Source: Hemiscyllium ocellatum (taxonomy: Eukaryota). Taken from it: DNA of 64,000 nucleotides. Position 1 is the first letter of the stretch; each line of letters opens with the position of its first letter. Shown one piece after another: positions 56,251 to 64,000 of the stretch. The translations under genes were made by a program, and so were the position numbers. A model generated the notes under the pieces. The model searched no databases and was not told the origin of the DNA. It saw only the letters and a list, made by a program, of their open reading frames with translations. Where the stretch lies: assembly GCF_020745735.1 (NCBI RefSeq), contig NC_083409.1, positions 9,289,534-9,353,533 of the forward strand. Reading direction: 5' to 3'.

Positions 56251-56714
56251 CCCAGAGGAGCATAGTCCCACTCACTCATTACAGACAGAGCCAAATTGTG
56301 GTGAGTTTAATCCAAGGGTCACCACAGCTGAGGCAGGGGGAGAGAAGGTGGCACCTTCATGTTGGTAGAGCCCTTCATTAATCCACTGCAACCCCCCTTG
56401 GGGCTGCAAGAATTCAACCACCCTCGTTCAGACAGCTCCCCTCTCTGTAAGGTAATATTACTGCACCTAGTTTCGAGCTAATTGACCATTGAAATATGAC
56501 TATGGGTAGTCAGCACTGGCTGGGCAGGCAGCCACAACTGCAATGACCCCAGATCCAAAAAATCCTCTTGTAATCAGTTAACACATTAGGGAGCACAGTG
56601 CCCACTGCCTCTGAAATCCCTCCCTTACTGAGAACACACTCTCAGTATTCACCTTTCTCAGTTGCCATCTCAATTTCACTGTAAATTCTGTCAACTATGA
56701 TCCTGCCCCACTAG

Positions 56715-56805
56715 CTGCCTGATGAAGGAGCTCTGAAAGCGTGTACTTCCAAAGAAACCTGTTGGACTATAACCTGGTGTTGTGTGATTTTTAACTCTGG
56801 CCTTC
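56715..56805 (+). mobile_element. Penelope-type terminal fragment with degenerate hammerhead core (related copies about 4205-4285 and 6715-6800)
   Basis: cctgatgaaggagc...gaaagc...aaacctgttggactataacctggtgttgtgtgattttt, recurring three times in the window. Confidence 0.6.
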
Positions 56806-56919
56806 TCACTGAGGCGCCATTTCAGACTGAACTGTTTTTCATTCATGATTTGAGACGATTAAAGCCAAATCTTCAATTCCCATCACAAAGCCCATTCTCT
56901 ATCCATCACTCAGAGACAA

Positions 56920-57545
56920 ATACCTCAGAGACACCTACAGGCAGCACAGAGTAACACATTCACACTCAATGAGATACTGACAGGCAGTACAGAATAACAT
57001 ACACACTCAGAGAGATATCTACAGGCAACACTGAGTAACGCACACACTCAGAGTGCCAGGCAGCACTAAGTAACACACACACTCAGAGTGCCAGGCAGCA
57101 CTGAGTAACACACACACTCAGAGTACCAGGCAGCACTGAGTAACAAGACAAAAGTGAGGACTACAGATGCTGGAGCTTAGAGTCGAGAGTGTGGTACTTG
57201 AAAAGCACAGCAGGTCAGGCAGCATCTGAGCAGCAGCAAAATCAACGCTTTGGACATCCTGATGAAGGAATTTTCCTGACGAAGGAATTTTCCTGATGAA
57301 GGCATTGATTCTCCTGCTCCTCGGATGTTGCCTGACCTGCTATGCTTTTCCATCACCACACTCTCTGAGCACTGAGTAACATGCTCACAGTCCATGCTGC
57401 CTGGAGGTGTCTCTCTGAGTGTGAACATGTTACTCAGCGCTGCATGTCGGTGTCTCTGAATAACACACCCACACTCACAGTGACACCTCAGGCAGCATTA
57501 TGTAATAGACGCACACTCACACTCACACTCAGAGAGACACACAGC
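56920..57545. repeat. Minisatellite of about 35-38 bp (gtaacacacacactcagagtgccaggcagcactga), interrupted and locally inverted
   Basis: At least 6 tandem units at 56920-57144; further degenerate and inverted units at 57366-57545. Confidence 0.85.
57145..57365. mobile_element. Penelope-derived palindromic element inserted in a minisatellite
   Basis: aaagtgaggactacagatgctggag...aaaagcacagcaggtcaggcagcatc / atgttgcctgacctgctatgcttttcc. Confidence 0.7.
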
Positions 57546-57703
57546 CTCCATTCTCAGTGACTGTCCTAAGAATATTACAGGTACTATCCAGCATGCAGCA
57601 GAGAGCGCACAGTACTATCCCAGCAACTCTACCTGGATCAAAAGAGTGAAGAGGGAATGCCTCAGATTGTAATTACTGAGTCCCAACAACTTTCAGTTTC
57701 TGT

Positions 57704-57709
57704 TTTATT
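57704..57709 (-). promoter_or_regulatory. Candidate polyadenylation signal for the IgL-C transcript
   Basis: First minus-strand AATAAA I found after the C-exon stop, about 740 nt downstream. Confidence 0.4.
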
Positions 57710-58449
57710 TGGAATCTTGTAACCTCCACAGTTTCCAGATCAAAGGGATCATTTGAAAATGATTAATGATTAGCTGTCAGTCCATACTACAACGAAAGTC
57801 TTACTGATTGACAGACCAATTAGCCAATTGTGATAGTGCTATGCTGAAATGCATCCAAACAGCTGAAGGGAGTGATCCATTTCGAAAGCACACAGAAACA
57901 GAGACTGAATCTTCTTCAACTTTAATCTGATTTGATTGGCTTTGGGAGAATAAACACTAAAATTAACAGCCCAGACAGAGGAAGCTGCTCAAATTCACAG
58001 CCACAATGGTGCTTGAGGAAAACACTTGTGGAGGTTTTCTCAGTAACATGAGAATCCTGTCCCTTTAAACAGTGATAAAAACCTTGAATTGGAACTGGTG
58101 GCTGAGCAGGAAGGAGATCTGTTTTACTGAAGCAGAGACTTCAGAGGTTCACATTGTTTTGTACAGCTGGCACTTTTCAGCATCTTCAAGAGATTTTACT
58201 TAGCATCACAAGTCAACCCTGACCCGTCAAACACTCCCAGGACAAGGACAGCATGAGGTTTTACATAGGATAAAGCTCTCTCTACGCTGTCCCAATGAAC
58301 TGCCTTAACTCCTGAACCTCATAGGTATCCCCTAGGCCAGTCCTGAGAAGGAGGAGCGTTGACATTTAGTGCTACAATGACCTTTGTTCTTCCAGCTCAG
58401 CCCTGTTCTATTTAAAGTTGTGTCTCCTCTGTGGACTGTCTCAAACACT

Positions 58450-58778
58450 CTACACACATTCTGATCTCCTGATGGTCTTGCTGAGGGGAGAGGGGAGGGT
58501 CACGTGGGTGAGGGCACAGGAGAAGCGAGCGTTGGACTCCCAGTCAGACCCAGAGAGGGTCAGCAGGCTGCTGACACTGTAGGTGCTGTCCGAAGCTCGC
58601 AGGTAGTTGCTGGTCTGAACCCCGTCCGAAATGACTGCACCGTCCTTCTTCCACTGCACCTCCAGCTCATCGGGATAGAAGTGATTGGCAAGGCACACCA
58701 GGGTGGCAGTGCCCTTGGCATTGACCTGCTCCAGGGAGGGGGGCAGCAGGGTCAGCTTGGGCTGAGAGTTCTCACGGC
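58450..58778 (-). CDS. IGKC: Immunoglobulin light-chain constant exon, shark kappa/NS4-like; ORF intact but splice acceptor is TG (probable pseudogene)
   Basis: [S]RENSQPKLTLLPPSLEQVNAKGTATLVCLANHFYPDELEVQWKKDGAVISDGVQTSNYLRASDSTYSVSSLLTLSGSDWESNARFSCALTHVTLPSPLSKTIRRSECV*. C1-set Ig motifs (TATLVC, FYP, W, YS.SS.L, F.C...H) and the penultimate Cys of light chains. Kappa isotype is from recall of nurse shark NS4 and is less certain than the IgL-C call. Confidence 0.92.
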
Positions 58779-58999
58779 CAGAAAGACAAAAGAAACAATT
58801 TTAATCCCTGCCATTTGAAGAAACTTCAACTCTCAGAACATTCACTGGTAAAATGTTTGAACATTTGTATCCAATACCTACCAAACCTGACGAACAAAGC
58901 AGGTGTTGTTTAAATTGCTTCTTGGGAGTGAGTGTCACGAGCAGGGCCAGCATTTATTTCTCATCCCTAATTGCCCCGAGAAGGTGATGGGGAAAGACA

Positions 59000-59945
59000 A
59001 GGAACAGGTTTGGACTCTTGTTTAGGGAATGAATGTGGGCAGTTGGAATGGTTCTCAATGGGGGAGCAGTATAGTGACAGTGATCAGAACTCAGTGAGAT
59101 TGAGAGTAGCGATGGAAATGGAGAACCATGCAGCAAGTGTTAACGTTTTCACTTGGGAATGAACTATTTTACTAAACTGTGCGATGATTTAGTAAAAGTG
59201 GACTGGAACCAACGCCATCATGTGAAATCAATGTCAGGGCAGTGGGATCCCTCAAAAGAAAAGACAGAGATTGTTCAGAATCTTTTCCCACAATGAGTAA
59301 GGGTGGGACTCCCAAATCTAGACTGTCAGCCTGGGATGTCAAAAGGCAGCCAGAGTAGGGAAGATTAAACAGGGAAGGTGATGTTGGTTATCTGGAGTTA
59401 TCTGCAGAAAGCCCAGAGGAGGATCGAAAATGCAGGGGTGACATTGAACAGGACCTGAGGAAGGCAAAGACAGGATTAACTGTGTCCAACTGAATCAAAG
59501 AAATCCCAACAAACAAGAGTATGGGGGTCAGGTACTGACATGGATTGAGAACTGGTTGGCAGACAGGACAGGAAGGGCGAGTCTTTTTTCTGAATGGCAG
59601 ATATTTACCAGTTGGGGTACCACAGGGATCAGTCCTTGGTACCCAGTTATTCATAATATATAATAATAGAGTCAGAGTCAGAGAGACCCAAAAGGCCCAA
59701 CGGATCATTGTGTCAAAAAACAACTCAATACTTCTCATCAATTTACCAGCATGAGAGAATTAGATGCGGTATGTGTTCAAGAAGGAATTAGATACAGTTC
59801 TTAAGATTAATGAGTTCAAAGAATGTGGGGAGCAAGCAGGAACAGGGGACAGTGTTGGATGATCGGCCATGATCATATTGAATGGTGGAGCAGGCTTGAG
59901 GGGCCGAATGGCCTACTGCTGCTCCTGTGTTTTATGTTTCTGTCC
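59000..59945 (+). mobile_element. CR1 LINE pieces (EN-RT linker, RT, 3' UTR) upstream of the IgL-C exon
   Basis: GEQYSDSDQNSVRLRVAME; VGVPQGSVLGTQLFIIY; tail ggccgaatggcctactgctgctcctg. Confidence 0.8.
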
Positions 59946-60094
59946 GTTTCTCAGATAATGAAGGAATGTCTGTCGTCAGCTTGAGGATGGAAGTCAGATG
60001 TGTGTGGATGTGGAAGATGTGTCCATGGTGATTAATGAATGCAGGTCAGTGAGGTGGTTCAGAAGACACATGGGATAAACGGTTTTTCTTTTTC

Positions 60095-60432
60095 CCTTGA
60101 TGGAATGAGGGCATTGCTGGATCGGCAGCATTTATTGCCCATCCCTAATCTCCAGAGGGCATTTTAGAGTCACCCACATTGCTGTGGGTCTGGTGTCACA
60201 TGGTAAGGATGGCAGTTTCCTTCCCTAAAGGACATTAGTGAATCAGATGGCTTTTTTTCCTGACAATCAACAATTGTTTCATGGTCATCATCAGACTCTT
60301 AATTCCAGATTTTTTAAATTGAATTCAAATTCCACCATCTGCTGTGGCAGGATTCTGCCCTGGTCCCTAGAACATTAATCTGGATCTCTGGATTAACAGG
60401 TCAGCAATAATACTATTAGGCCATCACCTCCC
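60095..60432 (-). mobile_element. Second tRNA-derived SINE family sharing its 3' tail with the second LINE family (another copy 43683-44322, split by HE1)
   Basis: cagcatttattgcccatccctaat tail; attgaattcaaattccaccatctgc core; ggattaacaggtcagcaataatactattaggccatcacctcc head. Confidence 0.75.
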
Positions 60433-60439
60433 TTATCTC

Positions 60440-61010
60440 ATTTTTGGTTGAGAGTGAAAGCAAGAAATTTGTTTATTCTGGAACTTTATCAAACCCCAGT
60501 TAGAGCACAGTGAGAGAACAGTGTACAGTTCTGGTCACCACATTACAGGAAGGATATGATCCCCTGAGTGATGGGGACAGTGGAGGATTTTGTCAGGAAT
60601 GGGGAGTTTTAGTTTTGAGGAATGATTGGTTTGGCTGGGACTGTTTTCTTTGGAACAGAGAAGGCTGAGGGGAGATTTGATCAAGGCGTGTAAAATGATG
60701 AGGGCCAAGATAGAATTGGTAGGAAGGACTGATTTCCATCAGCAGAGAGGGCAATAACCATGGGGAGAGATTGAAATGAATTGGGGACAGGGTTCGAGGT
60801 GAATTGAGGAGTAATTGTTTTCACCCAGAGGCTGATGGGATCTGGGACTCACTGTCTGAAAGGGTGGGAGCGGCAGAAACCCTCATCACATTGAAAAAAA
60901 CACTTGGATATTCACTTGGAACAGCGAAACATCCAGAGCTATGGAGCAAGAGCTGGAGAGTGGGATGAAGCTCGATCCCTCTTTAACAAACCTTGGATTA
61001 CCCACAGATG
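60440..61010 (+). mobile_element. CR1 LINE 3' portion
   Basis: cagttctggtcaccacattacaggaagga (QFWSPHYRKD); gaaggctgaggggagatttgatc. Confidence 0.8.
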
Positions 61011-61269
61011 AGGAGAACTTTATCCGAGAACATTGGAGCAGACTTGGATCCAAACATTTCGGGAAGGAGTCACATTGGGGTGTCTGTGTAGAATGCTCTT
61101 GAATACATTTCAAACCTTGCTGCACACCACTGGGCTGAGATCAAGGGTGAGGCTGCAAAGAGCCTCAGTGACCTGGGGTCAGGCAGGGTCACTGCTCCTA
61201 ATGACCCCATGCCTCCTGGAAGGTGAGAGTGCGCAGACAATGGGTGAGGTTCAGGATCAAGAGACTCTA

Positions 61270-61510
61270 ACCTTAAAGAAAGACCTGCATTTGTGTAGCA
61301 CCTGTCCCCAGCTCAGGATGTCCCAATGGCTCTTTCCAGCAGACTTTGTGCAGTGAGATCCCAAACACAGTATGATAATTAGCAGAGAAATAGATTTTTT
61401 GTGATTTTTATTGGGGGATAAATAGTGACCAGGTACACCAGAAGGAACTGCCTGCTCTTCATCCAACAGTGCCATGGAATGGCACCTTTCACATCTGAAA
61501 GACTCCCAGT
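61270..61510 (-). mobile_element. Deu-domain SINE remnant (other fragments about 18870-19100 and 62250-62400)
   Basis: aaagaaagacctgcatttgtgtagcac tail and ggataaatagtgaccaggtacaccagaaggaactgcctgctcttc core in reverse. Confidence 0.6.
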
Positions 61511-61544
61511 TCAACCAAAAAAAAAGTTCCGTGAAAGTGGAGTT

Positions 61545-62200
61545 GCAGGTAGGTAGGGGAGTGACGAAGTAACTTGGTATGGTTTCCTTTATTGGGCAGC
61601 GCATTGAGTATTGGAGTTGGGAGCTGTTGTGGTTGTGCCAGACATTGGTCACTTTTGGAATACGGTGTGTAATTCTGGTCTCCCTGCTGTAGGAACAATA
61701 TTGTGAACCTTAAAATGCTTCAGAAAAGTTTTTTAAGTGTGTTGCCAAGGTTGGAGAGTTTGAGCTATCGGAGGAAGCTGAATAGACTGAGACTATTTTC
61801 CCTGGATTGTTGGAGGCTGAGGGGTGACCACACAGTGGTTTATAAAATCATGAGGGATATAGATACAGTGAATAGAGTTTATCTTTTCTTCAGAGTGGGG
61901 GAGTCCAGAACTAGAGGGCATAGGTTGAAGGTGACAGGGGAAAGATTTAAAAAGGACCTAAGGTGCAACGTTTTCATGCAGAGGGTCGTACATTTTTGGA
62001 ATGGGCTGCCAGAGGGAGTGGTGGAGGCTGGTATGATTACAATATTTAAAAAGCCATCTGGATGGGTATATGTATAGGAAGGGTTGAGAGCGACATGGGC
62101 CTCATACTGGCAAATGGGACTAGATTAATTTAGGGTATCTGGTCAGGATGGATGACTTGGACTGAAGGGTCTGTTTCTCTGCTGTACATCTCCATAAATG
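61545..62200 (+). mobile_element. CR1 LINE 3' end
   Basis: 124-aa ORF LPRLESLSYRRKLNRLRLFSL..WRLRGD. Confidence 0.88.
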
Positions 62201-62569
62201 TAATTGTATTTCAATCGAGCCCCTAACACCTCAGGCTCTCCCAAAGACATTTACATTTTGTTTTAAAACAAGTCACTGTTGCAATGTCAGGAAAGGGACA
62301 GCCAATTTCTACACAGCAAGATCCCACTAGAAGCAATGAGATCAAAGAGCATTTTTGATGATGTTGGTCCAAGGATAAATATTGTCCTGAACTCAACCCA
62401 AAGAGAAAGGAATTTGGTTCAGTTGGATGGAAAATGAGAAAATGGAAGGTAAAGGAGAAGGCAGGATTGCTGGTTAGTGATGGGATTGATTGTTACCAGA
62501 AAATAAAAGGAAGGGATAGAATTTTTGAATATTAAAGGAACCATAAAAGTGCAGGGAAAACGAAGAATA

Positions 62570-64000
62570 GAACAAACTTAAAGGGTTTGTATCTAAATGC
62601 ACGAAGCATTCTGAGTAAGGCAGACAAAGTGATGCCATAAATCGAGGTAAATTGAGTTTCCAAGGAATTTAAACTAGTTAAAGTGGAGGAGGGCTCAAGA
62701 GAGGCTATTCGGTTTCTAGAAGGCATACCAGGAGAGAGAGTACAGAAAGGAACAAGAGTCGAGCATCAAGCACAGCAGATAAGAGGATAATGATGAGAAG
62801 GAGGGCAGTCAATGCAGGACTGAAGGTGTTGGACTTAAAAGCACACAGTATACGCAATGAGCTGGTAGTGCAGATTGAAACTGGCAGGTACGATGTTGTG
62901 GGTATCACAGAGACATGGCTGTAAGGGGATCCGGGCTGGGAACTAAATATCCAAGGATACATGTCCCATCAAAAGAACAGGCAGATGGACAGAGGGGGAA
63001 GAGTTGCCTTGTTAGTACGATATTAAATTAAATCAAAGCAAGAAGTGAGATAGAGTCAAAAGGTGTAGAATGTGTGTGGGTAGAGTTGAGGAACCGCAAG
63101 AAATAAAGAATCTGATGCAAGTTATGTCCAGATCTCCAAGCAGTAATCAGGGTGTGGGGAAGGAAATCAATCAGGAGACAGAAAAGCCATATACAAAATG
63201 TCAGGGCAGACCTCAATGGATAGGTGGACTGGGTAGCACGTCTCAAGAAAAGGATTTCATGGATGTCTACAAGATCGGTTTTGGAGCAGCTTGCGGTTGA
63301 GCCATTATGGAACAGGCAGTTCTGGATTCAGTGATGTGGAATGAGGCAAACTTGATTAATGAGCTGAAGGTGAAAGTATCCTTCTGGAAAAATGATCATA
63401 ATATGATAGAATTCCCCCTGTAGTTTGAGACGGAGAAGCTGCAATCAGATGGATCTGCATTTCAGTTGAGTAAAGGGAACAACAAAGACATGAGGAAGGA
63501 GTTGACCAGAGTTGGTTGGAAGGGGAGCCGAGCAGGTAAGATGGTGGGGCAGCAAACAGCAGGGTTTCTGGGCATAATTCAGGAACCAGAGCAGGAATTC
63601 ATCCGAAAAAAGAAGAAACATACTAAGGGGAGGACAAGGCAACCATGGCTGGTGAGGGAAGTCACGGACAGCATAAAAGCAAAAGAAAAAAATGCACAAT
63701 GTGGTAGTGAAAAGTGGGAAGCCAGAGGGTTAGGAAGCCTTTAAAAACCTGGAGAGGATAAATAAAAAAGCATTAAAGGTGGAGAAGGGGAAATGTGGTG
63801 GTAGGTGAGCCGGTAATACAAAAGAAGATTATAGGAAGTGAAGAAATAGCAGAGGAATTGAATCGAAGCTGAAAGGTTGAATGTGGATAACTCACCCAGA
63901 CTAGATGAACTACATGAGTGTGTTCTAAAGGAGATCACTGAGTAAATTATGGAGGTATTGGAGATGATCTTTCAGGAATCAATGGAGTCAGGGTATGACA
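62570..64000 (+). mobile_element. CR1 LINE ORF2 5' part (APE endonuclease), runs off the window
   Basis: LKAHSIRNELVVQIETGRYDVVGITETWL*GDPGWELNIQGY; gatcataatatgatagaattc (DHNMIEF). Confidence 0.88.

Noticed and set aside
56920-57144. Regular 35-38 bp repeats as a CRISPR-like array
   Set aside because: Units are contiguous with no unique spacers, there are no cas genes, and the context is eukaryotic: a minisatellite
60506-60512. CACAGTG as an RSS heptamer for a J segment upstream of IgL-C
   Set aside because: No nonamer at 12 or 23 nt spacing and it lies inside CR1; other CACAGTG hits are in HE1 SINE heads

Overview
Eukaryotic genomic DNA from a shark, probably a carpet shark (Orectolobiformes), judged from its repeat content: HE1/V-SINEs, HER1-type CR1 LINEs, Deu-domain SINEs and Penelope-derived palindromes. 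About half the window is decayed retroelements, and most ORFs in the supplied track are fragments of them. Two host genes are recognisable, both on the minus strand. (1) A CEP350-like gene: I traced 15 exons (49686 down to 14810) with compatible splice phases that join into one open frame of about 800 codons. It lacks the N-terminal half and skips, in frame, the central block that carries the CAP-Gly domain in CEP350, and it ends at a TAG 12 codons before the CEP350-equivalent stop. It could be a divergent duplicate or the paralogue CCDC187; the sequence alone does not settle this. (2) An immunoglobulin light-chain constant exon (kappa/NS4-like, 58450-58778) with an intact ORF, a TG in place of the AG splice acceptor, and no J or V segment in the window. 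A 100-N scaffold gap (51300-51399) separates the two, so their adjacency is unproven. Also present: palindromic Penelope-derived elements with 12-14 bp flanking duplications and hammerhead-ribozyme cores, and a Tx1-like ORF that rejoins in frame when an inserted CR1 is removed. No CRISPR, rRNA or bona fide tRNA genes were seen. Comparisons to human CEP350 and shark IgL are from recall, not computed alignments, and repeat boundaries are approximate.
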